Below are positions 12,879-28,576 of a stretch of 64,000 nt of DNA, piece after piece. The DNA comes from Eledone cirrhosa (Eukaryota), in NCBI GenBank assembly GCA_964016885.1, contig OZ024742.1:259780001-259844000 (forward strand). The letters run 5' to 3'. Each line of letters starts with the position of its first letter. Position 1 is the stretch's first letter. The notes beneath the pieces were generated by a model. The model was not told the DNA's origin, made no database searches, and worked only from the letters and a program-made list of their open reading frames with translations. The position numbers and the translations under genes were made by a program.

Positions 12879-12913
12879 CCTCCGAAGAAGAGATATTATC
12901 TCGAAAATTAAGG
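12879..12913 (+). ncRNA. Minimal hammerhead-like motif in the PLE 3' pLTR (CCGAAGA core)
   Basis: ccu-CCGAAGA-a-gagau(auu)aucuc-GAAA-au-UA^agg, followed by AATAAA at 12921. Confidence 0.55.
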
Positions 12914-13073
12914 ACATTTAAATAAATTCAAGGTGAAAGACGAATTCTCATCAATATCTCTCACTATTGCATTCTTTTTTCTATGTCCATATCTGCATTG
13001 TCTTGGCCTTATTACACATATTCTAACGTTTATACCTCATTACACAATGCTTCAAGTGAACTATAACCTCCTC

Positions 13074-13119
<46 letters not shown>

Positions 13120-13163
13120 AAGTTAAATAAAAGTCAAATGATTAAAATTTAGCTTCGTTTATT

Positions 13164-13218
13164 ACTGCTATATATATTTCAGTGACAGCCATCTTTGGCT
13201 GTGACCTCTTCAGGCAGT
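13164..13218 (-). ncRNA. Mirror copy of the 13449-13503 hammerhead
   Basis: Exact reverse complement within the palindrome. Confidence 0.8.
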
Positions 13219-13448
13219 TTGAATTAGTATGGTATAGACAAGTACATATGTTGTTTAGGTGTATGATATTGTCAATCCTCTGATATGCCCAGTTCCTTGT
13301 TGGGTTGTTAATTCACTGGGGAACTGGAGTCATATGACTCCAGTTCCCCAGTGAATTAACAACCCAACAAGGAACTGGGCATATCAGAGGATTGACAATA
13401 TCATACACCTAAACAACATATGTACTTGTCTATACCATACTAATTCAA

Positions 13449-13503
13449 ACTGCCTGAAGAGGTCACAGCCAAAGATGGCTGTCACTGAAATATATATAGC
13501 AGT
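13449..13503 (+). ncRNA. Minimal type I hammerhead ribozyme (canonical core)
   Basis: acugc-CUGAAGA-ggucacagcc(aaagau)ggcugucacu-GAAA-uauaua-UA^gcagu, then AAUAAA. Confidence 0.85.
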
Positions 13504-13747
13504 AATAAACGAAGCTAAATTTTAATCATTTGACTTTTATTTAACTTTATTTTACACTACTCCGGAGTAACCAAACCAACCTGCGCACTTCGTCGAGTGC
13601 TCCAGCCTGCATACTGAGGTGTTGGTATACAACCAACATAAACTCAAAATCTATATATATATATATATATATATATAGTTTTTCCTTGCATAATCCTACC
13701 GAACAACGAGCTACAAGCTGCCAAGTTTAGACAGATGCAACACACAA

Positions 13748-13803
13748 AAATTACCCTTTTTTATGAAATCAATATATATATATTGATTTCATAAAAAAGG
13801 GTA

Positions 13804-13807
<4 letters not shown>
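13748..13807. repeat. ~60-bp perfect hairpin centred on a short (TA)n
   Basis: AAATTACCCTTTTTTATGAAATCAA-TATATATATA-TTGATTTCATAAAAAAGGGTAATTT. Confidence 0.9.
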
Positions 13808-13844
<37 letters not shown>

Positions 13845-14479
13845 TGTGTGTGTGTGTGTGTGTGTATGTATGTGTATATAAAGAGAAAGAGAGAGAGAGA
13901 GAGGAATTACGTGAATACAGCAAAGTCCATAATTGAAGGAGCAATATTTACTATATAACGTACACGTGTTTCATTAATACGTAAACGATTACATCTAGAA
14001 TCGCTAATCCCATGTAGATATCGGGATAAATTGACATCAAATTTATTGTATCACAAGTTTACATATCAATTTATTCAAGCAGAATAATGTCTTTATCTGT
14101 ACAATGAAAGACATATATAGAAAGAGAGAAGGCGCGGCATCAAGAAATAATTTAGGTTGTATAAAGTTATAAAATGTATAGAAATATAAAGAATTATACT
14201 GAAATATACAAAGAGATATGTAAATTTATAAATGAGTTCTTAAGCAAATATAAACAATAACACTAACATTAACATTGATAATAATAATATCATCATTATT
14301 TTTTTTTTTCTGATTCATCGAGATTGAGTAAGGTAACTTAATAGTATTTCTATTTATCATCTTATGATATTTGTATGACATGCCAAGTACTATAACGATG
14401 CATTAGGAAAGGCAGGCCATAAGAGATAGCTAAGACACGTAGACCAAAGCGAGAGATGTAGATCTGTTATGCATCACCG

Positions 14480-15400
14480 TACGAGGTGTAACCCATATTC
14501 TAGAAATATTATGATTTTAAATAATCTTGTCACAAATAATAGGGAAGAATAAAAAGATAAGATTTTTCTTAATCCTCAGGGAGGATCCGACAAAGTAACA
14601 TCTCAAGAGAAACTAAAAACAAAACATACCTTTGGTATAATCCAATATACAACACTACAATTAAGTCTAAACTACCTTTCATATTCTTTAACCTAATCGA
14701 CAAATATTTCTCGCACTCAAATAAATATCATAAGATAATAAACAGAAATACTATTAGGTTATCTTACTCGAGGAATCTGGATGGTTAGACAAATAAGTTA
14801 AACAAGAAACACATAAGCACCTATGATACTAAACAAAATTCTAATGTGGATAAGAACCTCATTCGATTTTCTAAACCAGTGGAAATAAACATACCCAAGG
14901 CAGTAAGTACTAGAAATAGAAAATTAAATCTATCACAACCTAATTTAATACCTACCACATCTAATAGCAACGATAATAACAGTTAACCATCTCATAGATA
15001 AGAGCTAAACCATAATTACCCGCGGCCCGAAAATTGCCCCATACAAAATATGTGTATGAGCAGTAACATGTTATACCAATGTGAGATTAGTGTAAACAAA
15101 CAGAAAATAAAATATATAGGGCAACTTCAAATGTGTTTCAGAAAAGATGGTGTGTTCACACATTCTTTCAAAAATTCTACCACTTTAGCCAACAAAATGT
15201 GGGAACCGGAAGGGAATGGAACTGGGTATGAGATTTCTTGGTCTATCCTAGAACCGACCAGTACAAGCAACATACAGGTATTTGTAACATTTGTATACTG
15301 GAAAGAAAATTAATAGATAATAGAATTGAACGGATTTTTAATAGACATAAATTGTTTAAAGCTTTCTCCTACTATAAACCTAAGCATAGAATCCGATCCC
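14480..15400 (+). mobile_element. Degenerate PLE ORF fragment (thumb, linker and GIY-YIG)
   Basis: YLWYNPIYN...FFNLIDKYFSHSNKYHKIINRNTIRLSYS; CPIQNMCMSSNMLYQCEI...KYIG...STTLANKMWE...WSILE...CNICILE; contains frameshifts. Confidence 0.8.
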
Positions 15401-15703
15401 ACAACCAAACCCTTTAGTCATATAAAAAACTAGGAATTGACTTCGACGCTATCTGTTTATTACTATATCTGTAAGTTCTTGGCGCCAGAAGAATGGAGGA
15501 TGGAGTTGAACCTTAACTATGAAAACATTAAATGTCAAAATGAATTACTACTATCTGCTTGAAATACCCGATAAAAAATATTTGGATCTGAGTGTGAATG
15601 GCCAGACACTAGCCAACCGTCACCTAACTACTCTATATTCAACAAATCAACTTCCACTCTTAAATAGCCCCGTCCTAGTTCAACTTGAGAAAAGAAAAAA
15701 TAA

Positions 15704-15891
15704 TAATTGTTTCTACGTTTGGTACAAGGCAAGCAATTACCCAGTGCATTACTGGTACTTTATTTTATCGATCCCGTAAGGATGAAAGGCAAAGTTTACC
15801 TCGGCGGAATTTGAACTCAGAATGGCAAGGGCCGTAACTCTATGCGTCAAAGCATGGCGTCCGACCCTCTACCGATACTGCCAATCCACCG
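15704..15891 (-). mobile_element. SINE family A
   Basis: Near identical to 715-904. Confidence 0.85.
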
Positions 15892-16383
15892 TACAATCAA
15901 TGTTAATGTTAGTGTTATTGTTGTTATTTGCTTAAGAACTCATTTCTAAATACATTTTATAACTTTATACAACCTAAAGTCTTCCTTGACAGCACGCCTT
16001 CTCTTTCTCTCTCTATATATATATATCTTTCCTCGTGCAGATAACGACATCATTCTACTTTGATAAATTGATATGTAAACTTGTGATACAACACATTTAA
16101 AGTCGATTTATCCCGATATCTACATCGAATTGGAAATTTTAGATGTATTCGTTTACGTATTAATGAAACACGTGTAAGTTATGTAGTAAATATTGGTCCT
16201 TCAATTATGAACGTTGCTGTATTCGCGTAATTCATTGATTTCACTTATAGTACATACGGTTGGTCACCACAGTAACAACTAGGAAAAGTAATTCATACGT
16301 TGAGTCAAAAACACTCTCTGTTGACACGGTCTTCGATTTCATGTTACTACAAATTAACTAACAGAAATCGGTTACTACTATAA

Positions 16384-16532
<149 letters not shown>

Positions 16533-19339
16533 TGATGTATTCGTAAAATTATAAATAATATATATTCGTTGCTTTTCACGAACAAGAGAAAAAATATTAA
16601 ATACGATAATAGATTGTAGCAGTATATTGAAGAATATCCATCCTGGTGGAATTGTCGGATCGACATCTTTACTGACAGCGTTTTGGGACATTCTAAACCA
16701 TGCGCAGCCCGTCCTTTTCAATGTCAGAACATAGCTGGTTTCTTACAGAGAAAACATAGAACAAGAAAGGATGTAACAGATATAGAGGAAGAATTGAACC
16801 AATATTGAACTGGTACTTTATTTATCGACCTGGAAAGGATGAACGGGTAAGCTGACCTCGGCTAGATTGAACTCAGAGCGCTGCAAAGTATTTTATTCAC
16901 CATTCTAACGGTTCTGTCACTTCACTGCCTTAAATATAAAAGTATATACATATGTCTGTGATTGAGCTTGCTTGAGTTTTCTATATATGCAAATCTTCAT
17001 GAATTTTCCGTTTCACTGCCTTTATTAGTTATACGTGCTTAGAATAGAATGTGGAAATTATTCCAAGTAGCAAGTCGTATGAACAATCGCCATCTTGGAA
17101 AAGAGAAAACATCTTTTATAGATTCGATTTTGTCTTTGACACTTTTTCATTATTGATAAACATATTTCAACATAGTTAAGTCTCGTGGCTTAGTGGTTTT
17201 GGGTGTTCGGCTCATCGTAACTTCCTGATTTCTTTTACCGACGGTGTTTTGTAACATTGATCAAAACATTATATTTCAGTTCCTTCAGCTAGCAAAAAAT
17301 GAGTTGTACCTGAATATTCCCAGCTTTATTACACTTTATCACACTGAATTTCCCTGAATCTCCCTAAGTGTTACAGTTGTTTGATCAATGTAATAGCATA
17401 TTCACGTAATTAACGTTTAAATGGCTAAGCATTTCACAACATCGGACACCATATACGGCAGCGGTGAATAAAAGTTTAGGGGTCCACATGGAGTGAATTT
17501 ACAAATTTGCGTTTACTAATCCCTTTAGGGGAAAAGAGAAATCATCGAATCATGTAGACAATCAGCCGGATACCGAACAGCTAGTTTTAAAGGTGGGTTT
17601 GCCTTAATAGTTTGTGGATTCTAATCTCTTTTAAGTTGCATTAAACGCTGGTAAATCAGTTTTGTTTTGCAATTTTGTAATAGTTTGAATTTTACTCAGA
17701 TTTCCATGTTCGTACACGGTGATATCTGGGTTTAGCCTTATATATTTACTTAGCAAAGTAACACTTTAAGTAGAGAACACCATCTGAAGCTAAAACTCAT
17801 AAACCTACAACCTAATATTTGGCATATTTTTATTCCCACAAAACCCTTCCTTTCCCTTCAATAACAAATTCAAGCATTAAATGAACAATTATATTTATAA
17901 TTTACTGATTATTTTCTCATCTAATTTGTATTAAACACAGGTGAATTAGTTTGTAATTTTATATTCCATATATTTCTCATTTACCTATGTTCTATTAATC
18001 ACTGGTAAATTAGTTATATTTTCTGATTTTAAATTTTGATTAATTTGGAGAGGAGAGCGGTGAATAGAGATTAAATTTTATTATACGGGATCTATCAAGT
18101 AAAAAGTTTGAGCAGCACTGTTTTAAACTATTTGACTCTTGTAGCATTATATCCCCTGGCCTACTCTCAACTATTGCCAGCAACAAAACAATAATTTATG
18201 TTAAGTACATGTGGAAAACCTCCCACACTATTTGAAATGGGAAAATATGATGGAAGGCAATGGAAAGTATTTCACAGAAAAAAAAAATGTGGTTGAGACA
18301 AGTATCAGTCTAGCAGAACCAAGCTGCACATCACTGATCTAAACTATTTAAACCTTGTAGCTTGGCCTGCTCTGCTTCGGCCTACTGTAATAAAGATAAG
18401 AATGGTGACTTTATTGTTGAACAGAAGTAGAAAATTACGTAATTATTTTTTTGAAATAGGATCAAAGTTACAAACTTGTTTCGGCCACAAACCCGGGAAC
18501 TTGACAACCTGATGTCATTTTGTGCCGGTCACAGCCATGAGATCTGGTGCATTCAATCTTCAGAATGCTGTTTTCCTCTGCAAAATTGTAAGGAGTGCAT
18601 CCCAATCAGAGAAAGAAGCCTAGTGAGGTGAGATTTCTGATGCAGTGGATGTCGCTGGCAGTTTTCCACGGTAATACTTTCGCCAATTAATCCACGAGGC
18701 ACAATTAAGATCTATCACACAGCCAAGGGTATAGAATTTTCCCCTCCCCTTTGCCTTCGCCTCTAATAACTATATATTTTTAAGGGAAATGTGGGAAAAT
18801 CATACAGTATTTGAAATGTAAAAATATTCAAAAAATATATGATATGGCAGTTGGTAGTTTACCAGGACCAAGATGTACATTACTGTTTAAAACTAAACCT
18901 TGGGGTTTGGCATACTATACTCTGGCCTACTCTAAAATGTCGCTAGAAATAACTATAGATATATTTTATTGAAGAAAGTGTAAAAAAAAGCACATGGCAT
19001 GTGAAAATACATTGATAGGCAGTGGAAAGATTTTCATGTAAAAATATGAAAAAGGAATGTGGAAAGAAAAACGGTTGTAGTGATGTTTTAAAAATGTTTG
19101 AAAATGTACGAAAATGTTAGCGATATACTACAACGTCAGAGATATTACAGATACGAAGAAACTTTGTAGGAATTCTATCAGGAAAATTATAGACTTTACC
19201 ACTTTTATTTATTTCTATCATCAATTCCAAACATGTTGTTTGTTTTTATTTATATTTGCCTGTTGTCTGTCTTTCTTTAGGTTTCTTTATCACATTGTTT
19301 CATTTCGTGTGCTTTCATATTGGGTTTCATTTCTTCTTA

Positions 19340-19845
<506 letters not shown>

Positions 19846-20199
19846 CTACGTGTTTGTTTAGCTAGATATTTATATATTTATAGCTGTTTAGTTATTCATC
19901 CACTTGTTTCTTCGTTCGTTTGTTTATTTATCCATTTAAAACTACGACAGAACTGATATTTTAAACATTGCTAAATCTTCCTGAATAGAGATATGAATGT
20001 ATATATGCATAGGTATGTTTATATTTATATATACTTTCGTACATATATACATATATGCCTTTCTTTATACGTACTATACATCCATGCATATATATACTTA
20101 GATATACATATACATATGCACATATATATCTATATTCTAAACATGCATACATATTTGTATGGTTATGTATAAATACACACATGCGCGCATGGGAGAGAA

Positions 20200-20328
<129 letters not shown>

Positions 20329-22096
20329 GGGAAGAGAGAGATTATAGATTAGTATGCAAAGATATATATTTAGGCGTTTCTAGCTTTTCCATAGATTTGC
20401 CCATTCTCTCCATTTTTGCTGATAACACTAAATTTTCCAGCGATCTCACCTAGTTTGTTATACTTCATAGCTTTTAGTATTCTTCTCATTATGTTTTTTG
20501 TTATTATTATTATTATCGTTTATATATTTATTATTTTGTCATTTATTTTTCTCTCTCGTTTAAATATTTTCTATTGCTAAAACTGTCAGTGTTATCTCTG
20601 AATGTGTGGTTGTGGGTGAAGATCAGCTCTTCCACCAATACTACCACTGCCACCACCACTACTGTAACCACTACCACATCCACCTCCACTGTCACCATAG
20701 GCACTACTACTGCCACCGTTATAGCCTTAGCCACCAGCCGATATCATGCGCACTAATAAGATATATGTCTAATAGCAGTTATAGCAATGGTTCTTTTCCT
20801 GCATATTTCGGCTTGGCATGATACCAGCTTTTGTTTAAAATTATTAGCCATAAATAAATTAACCGAGGTTTATTACTAAATCTTAGTTGAACCAATGAGG
20901 GTCCTTCAATGCAGTCACTTCACCTGCTTGAAGCTGCAAGTTGCAGTTATATCTTTCTCAAATCACATCCTACTGTCTTAAAAATGAATAATAAATTAGA
21001 TAATGTAGTCTTAGATATTCTCTGTATGAATAAAAGACATGATAGTGACGGCTAGATTATCTGTTTCTGTTGCTGTTGTTGTTGATGGGGATGGCATTTT
21101 TACCTCTTAGTCTCGGAGAAAAGGTCAACACCCATAAGATTGTGGGTTTTGAGTGGTAGTGAAACTTGTTAGAGTAAGCGAGAAAGTTATCCTCAAAAAG
21201 GAAATCGTACACATGTGATTACAACAGAGTGAGCTCTATTACATATACCTGAAATAGGTGTTGGTGTTAAACAGTGTGATGGATTACATTTAGCGCTCAA
21301 CAATTCAGAGCCCAATGAGCAGAAACAAATATCGCAAGACGTCTCATCCGACGCTCTAACAACTCTACCCTAGACTGCTACTTTATTTCCTCGGCACGAA
21401 AAGAACGGAAGGCAATGTTGACTACATTTCAAGTCATGCATTGCTCTATCAGCATTGAAATGGAAGCTAAAATATAACAACAACAACGCTTATTAATTCG
21501 GTTAAAGGAGTGGCTATGGTTGTACCACCTATCCTTAAACTGGTCGCTGTCGCACTAGTATAGTTGTATGTTGCGTCACTAGTGCTAACCATACACTCGT
21601 ATATTATATATTTTCGAGGGCATTTATTATGCTAAGGCCAGTTAGCTAGAATTTTACTGTTACATTCTTCAATTACATTAAATAATTACTTAACTTCGAA
21701 ACCCTCTAGCACTTCATTGTGTTGATACACTGGCCTATCCCTCATAAAGATGATCAAACCCTTCCACCTCCCTTAGTTAGCGCTACTAATCTTCATATAA
21801 CACCTTGATTCATTAGACTTATTATACCTCAATTCATTACACTTATTACACTTCGATTCATTAACCATCTTGATTCATTAATCGCTAAACACTATCTACA
21901 GAAACACTATGGACATATTTGCTCCAGCTGACGCCTAGGTGTGTTGCATCTGCCTTGTATGCGAGGATGATGAAGAGTCTACCTGTACTAGCATATTTTC
22001 ATATACTATAAAAATACTATGCAACCATGCACCTCCGTACTTAGATATGACGGCGCATAACTATTGCATGTATACATGTTTGAATGTTTGATGATA

Positions 22097-22192
<96 letters not shown>

Positions 22193-22693
22193 GTGCGAGT
22201 TTATACTTATTTTTAAACCTAACACACTGTCACAGAAGTGTTTGTATATTCTACCTATACACACTACAGAGAAGTGTGCTAAACTTCTTTGGGTTTAATT
22301 TTGGCTCCATCAAGGCAACACTTGTTGAATATCAAACCTACCCCCGACTGGGCCGTAAGTATAAAAAATCAAACAAGAAAAAAATACATAATAAATTTAC
22401 CAGCCTATTTTGTTACCCCTTGTAAACCGAAGGTGATGACCAGAATTACTAACTTGACTCTTTAGAGACCTACTTCCACCAACTACCACTACAAAGCCGA
22501 ATCCACCATTTATGGGCTGCTTCTTATGCTGCATCATATGCTTGCTTATAGACGGACAAACAACATCGAGTTCCATACTATGGCAAGCATATCAAAAACA
22601 TTACTAATATAAGTAATAATCTGAAGAAGCAAAAGTGATATCATATAATACACACACACACATACATACTTACATATATATATATATATATAT

Positions 22694-22896
22694 AATGAAG
22701 GAAGTGTGGTAAGGAACCAGGTGGACCATAACGCACCATAGTACTCAATACTTAGGGTAGTAGAGTGTGTAATAGGAATATGTTCAAGACCCCGACGGCA
22801 GAGCTTAAGCCGTTTCGACGGTTATTTCTGAACTCTGAGTTCAGAAATAGCCGTCGAAACGGCTTGAGCTCTGCCGTCGGGGTCTTGAACATTTTC

Positions 22897-22898
<2 letters not shown>
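22694..22898 (-). mobile_element. Fold-back element family P3, copy 1
   Basis: Shared body GAAGGAA.TGTGGTAAGGAACCAG.TGGACCATAACGCAC...CTTAGGGTAGTAGAGTG; palindrome 22774-22898; flanked by TA and CT tracts. Confidence 0.85.
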
Positions 22899-22981
<83 letters not shown>

Positions 22982-23271
22982 CATATATATATATATATGT
23001 GTATGTATGTATGTGTATGTATGTATGTATTCGTGAGTGAATAATAATAATAAAATATTATATTATTAATATTTGGTTTGTTTACAAGGAAACAACCGCA
23101 TAATCACCATATTTTAGATGACCAATGTCACCCTTTTGTTCCACCCTTTTGTAGCTGCGAGAAAACAATCGACAATGGTTTCGGAGTTATTGCGCTTTAT
23201 CAAGATTGTGTATTCTCGTCACTGCTACCCACTGAAACTACTGAGGATACAGAGTATTCTCAAATGTATAC

Positions 23272-23388
23272 ATCGGCTGACTAACCTCATTTGCATACCG
23301 AGCGATTTTACGACCGGCTTTGCCGAAAATTAAAAAGTAGAACCGACTGTAAAATTGCTCGGTATGCAAATGAGGTAAATCAGCTGAT
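23272..23388. repeat. ~117-bp MITE-like hairpin with ~40-bp inverted arms
   Basis: ATCGGCTGACTAACCTCATTTGCATACCGAGCGATTTTAC / GTAAAATTGCTCGGTATGCAAATGAGGTAAATCAGCTGAT. Confidence 0.75.
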
Positions 23389-23735
23389 ATATACACCCAT
23401 CATCTCACAAACCACAACAAACACTATATTTTTTGTCACATCGCCAGGCTGATGAACAGATCGATAATGGAATCGATAACTCGTATGGGTGACCTTGAGC
23501 CAATCCTCTGCGAAACAGTTAAGTAATACTCTAACTAGTTTTAAACTGGTTTCATCCTGATATATATATACACGTTGGTAGATTACGTCTTCTTGAAATT
23601 ACAACATTACACTGCAGCCAACGATCACACAAGTACACAACATTTTACATCTCAGAACTTAAATTGGATGAAACACCAATAAAGACATTAATTTTGAGTG
23701 AATATGCATGTTTACATATATATATATATGTGTGT

Positions 23736-23958
23736 GTGTAAAAGGTACACAGAAATAACAACATAATCGGTACAGTATATGGAAGGAATATATTAGGTTA
23801 ACGCTTGATATAGCAGGAAGAGCGTGTTAACGTTTCGGACGCTAGTACTTCATCAGAAGAAAGAATGAGAAATTAAAAATATTGAAGAGACGGGCAGGGC
23901 GGAATCGGAAAAAATGTTTTTAGAGAAAAATAACAGATTAATTCATGTTGCCATCTCT

Positions 23959-23961
<3 letters not shown>
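23736..23961 (-). mobile_element. PLE pLTR-like element family P4, copy 1
   Basis: Homologous to 36133-36346; lies between (TG)n and (TA)n; contains an HHR core. Confidence 0.8.
23827..23859 (-). ncRNA. Minimal hammerhead motif (degenerate stems)
   Basis: Reverse complement: CUGAUGA-aguacuagcgucc-GAAA-cgu-UA. Confidence 0.6.
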
Positions 23962-24006
<45 letters not shown>

Positions 24007-24352
24007 TTGGGGGGGGGGGGGTACTTGTACAGATGTGTGGTATCTAAAAACTGATACATTTAAAAGTCGCCTCCTTTACCCACTGGACAGAAAAACCCTA
24101 GAACCTTTGAAAAATTGGTATATAGACAGATTTCAAGCGAGATTTGCTTCTCCTGTTTCAAATATAAAGATATTCACCTTTCGTCGGAATGATTAGTCGA
24201 GGGATAACCACTTCCCTTTTCATATTTATGTCCACGTGCCTGAATGACGGCAAGTTTAAAAGTGCCTCCTCCATTATACAGTGGTTGCCATGACTACACC
24301 CCAAAACAAATGGTAACACATATATGTTAAATTTATGAAACTTTGTTTATAC

Positions 24353-24451
<99 letters not shown>

Positions 24452-25130
24452 ATGTATGTGTATATATATATATATGTATATATATATACAAATATATATA
24501 CATATATATAAAAGAATAGAGGTGTAACACACGAGTTGTGATATATTGGTAAAAGGAAAAGAAAATGCTGACAAATTGTTCCCAGTAAAAACTAGTTTAA
24601 TTAGGAATAAGTAAAAATTAGTAATAAGTATTGGTTTGTATTCAGTTTTAGTTTTAAGTTTTTACCGGTTGCGCATTTCTAATGCTTTTCAAAAATAATT
24701 TTGAGATAGAGCGCTCGTGATGTTTGCTCTAATCTGATAAGTTTTGGAAATTCTACCTGTTTTATGTGAAAAAAGTGGCCCCAGAGGTATTAAAATAAGT
24801 TTCGCGCCAATTCGTGTTGCAAAAATTCTTGTGGCCAAAACAATTTTGATTGGTCGGTAGAGGTCACGTGAATGTTAAAAATTGATTTTGCGCCAAATGT
24901 AGGTTTGTCGAAGAATGTCCTTTTTCGCCTGATTCAGAAGTCACTGAAAAATAAGTCTTTTAAGACAAATATGTGTGTGTGTGTGTGTGTGTGTGTGTAG
25001 TAAAGAGGTTCATTGTTGTGATAATGGTCAGTAGGGATGTGTGTGTGAATTGCAGTCATGTTGAAAGGTCAACAGTTCAGGTGTCTATTAAGACAAATAT
25101 GTGTGTGTGTATGTGTGTGTGTGTGTGTGT

Positions 25131-25266
<136 letters not shown>

Positions 25267-25376
25267 CAGAGTAATTCGAGGTAGAGGGATCGGTCAGTAG
25301 GAATGTGTCTGTACGTGTGTGGGGGATATTTTAACATGTTGAAAGATATTTTTCAGCTCTTGTCTTATACGGAGAA

Positions 25377-25408
<32 letters not shown>

Positions 25409-25924
25409 CTCTTTGTATGTTAGTGTACGCGTGTGTATGTGTGTATATGTGTGTGTGTGTGTGTGTATGTGTGTTGGGGGGGGACCAGTATTTGTGTGAT
25501 ACTGGTAAAAATGGTGTACATTATTCGATATTTTCAGCAAAAACGATTCTCTCAAGAGAACATCAAAAACATTAATAATAAAAGGTGTGAAATGATATAT
25601 AGTATTTTCATAACACCAAGCTGTGTGTGAGTGTCCAGATTGTACGTACTGCATGGGGAATCCATTAGGCCTTGCCGTATTGGAATACTTGTGTGCAAAT
25701 ATGTATCTGCCCATCAATGTGCAATACATGTGTGCGTATATGTATGTGTGTGTGTCGGCACGTTTATATCTATAGACATCAAAAGGTATGCAAATTTGTG
25801 TATATTTGTGTTGCACCATAGAACATGTGTGTTTACGTATGTCATTGTGTTTATATGTGGATAGAGATGTATGTAGGATGTATGCTGATGTAGGTATGTA
25901 TGTTGACGTGTGTATGTTGTGGGT

Positions 25925-26668
25925 TCGTCTTAGGGAGAAGTGTTTAGACAGGGTCCGTATTTGTTAATAAGGTGAGATTCCTTGCTGATGCGCTGGGTGT
26001 GGGTGGCATTATCTTTAAATTTGTAGAGGGGAAAGATTCTAAAGTTGGGATGATTTTGGGCGGAACAGGTATCAATGTGTTCACTCAGTGGTATTTTCCT
26101 GTATTCCCGTATTTTAATTTGGGATCTATGGACAGTCATGCGTTGGCGGAGGCTGTTTATGGTCTGGCCTATTGTATTGTTCTCGACAACCTGAGCAAGT
26201 TAATACATATATTAGATTTTCTGATGCGCATGTGAAATTGTGTTTTACTATAAAACGTTGTCCTTCTTTGAAATAGAATTCCGAACCCTCTATTAGGTTG
26301 ATGCAAATGCCACAGTTGGGTCTATCGCATTTTTTTTACTGTGGGTTTCGTTGTTGTGGTTGGCAGTACTTTGGCATGTGTTAGGATGTTTTTCATTGAC
26401 TTAGATTGACTTTTGCTCTTTATGATATCGTGTGTTCGAAAGATTTGGTTCATTCTATGGTCCTTTTTCAACACAGGGATGTTCTGGAGGATGGTATCAA
26501 AGGCCTCATTGTTGAGGGGTTGTGTGTGGAGATGTATGGAAGAGCTTTTAGTTTCGGTTGATTTACTTTAGGGTGTCTAAGGTCCTGGGTACTGAGTTTT
26601 AGGGCACGTTGGATTCCATTGTCAATTAGTGATGCAGGGTAGTCCCTGCCTATGAGTGTGCCCTTTAA
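25925..26668 (-). mobile_element. 5'-truncated PLE (thumb, Cys linker, GIY-YIG); 3' region probably extends to ~24510
   Basis: [18 protein letters not shown]...LPYISTHNP; CDRPNCGIC...FTCASENLIYVLTCSGCREQY...RMTVHRSQI...SEHIDTC...KESHLINKYGPCLN; abuts (TA)n. Confidence 0.88.
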
Positions 26669-26702
26669 TATATATACATTTATATATATATATGTGTGTA
26701 TA

Positions 26703-26745
<43 letters not shown>

Positions 26746-26752
26746 ATATGTA

Positions 26753-26810
<58 letters not shown>

Positions 26811-26899
26811 ATATGTATAAATATATATATAAATGTATGTATATATATGTATATATGTATGTATATATATATGTATATATATATATATACATATATATA

Positions 26900-26946
<47 letters not shown>

Positions 26947-27078
26947 GTGTCTATATATGTATATATATGTATATATATGTGTATATATATATATATACAT
27001 ATATATTTATATACATATATACATATATATATATATAATCATATGTATATATATATATATGTATATATATATATAATC

Positions 27079-27139
<61 letters not shown>

Positions 27140-27144
27140 CACAC

Positions 27145-27313
<169 letters not shown>

Positions 27314-27321
27314 TATAAATA

Positions 27322-27362
<41 letters not shown>

Positions 27363-27365
27363 GTG

Positions 27366-28348
<983 letters not shown>

Positions 28349-28352
28349 ATAA

Positions 28353-28383
<31 letters not shown>

Positions 28384-28526
28384 TATATATACATATATAT
28401 ACATATATACACATATATATACATATATATATATATGTGTGTGTATATATATATATATATATATACATATATATACATATATATACATATATTTATACAT
28501 ATATATATACATACATATATATATAG

Positions 28527-28576
<50 letters not shown>

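Larger units (their letters stand above)
11882..13076 (+). mobile_element. 5'-truncated Penelope-like element (C-terminal GIY-YIG, Cys-rich linker; Neptune-type) in (TA)n
   Basis: ORF with the EN domain, 3' UTR, HHR and AATAAA; a ~38-bp inverted copy of the 3' end sits at the 5' junction (11882-11921 vs 12996-13034); (TA)n on both sides. Confidence 0.9.
13113..13651 (+). mobile_element. Fold-back PLE pLTR-like element, family P2: 442-bp spacerless palindrome plus ~97-bp unique 3' tail
   Basis: 13113-13554 is self-complementary around CATATG (13331-13336); flanked by (TA)n; carries an HHR and AATAAA. Confidence 0.85.
13904..16233. repeat. Diverged ~340-bp inverted repeats (13904-14279 and 15896-16233) bracketing a PLE fragment and a SINE
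   Basis: For example TACACGTGTTTCATTAATACGTAAACGA versus TCGTTTACGTATTAATGAAACACGTGTA. Confidence 0.85.

Noticed and set aside
18480-18720. Host exon in a GC-richer unique stretch
   Set aside because: Only a short unrecognisable peptide; no supportable gene model.
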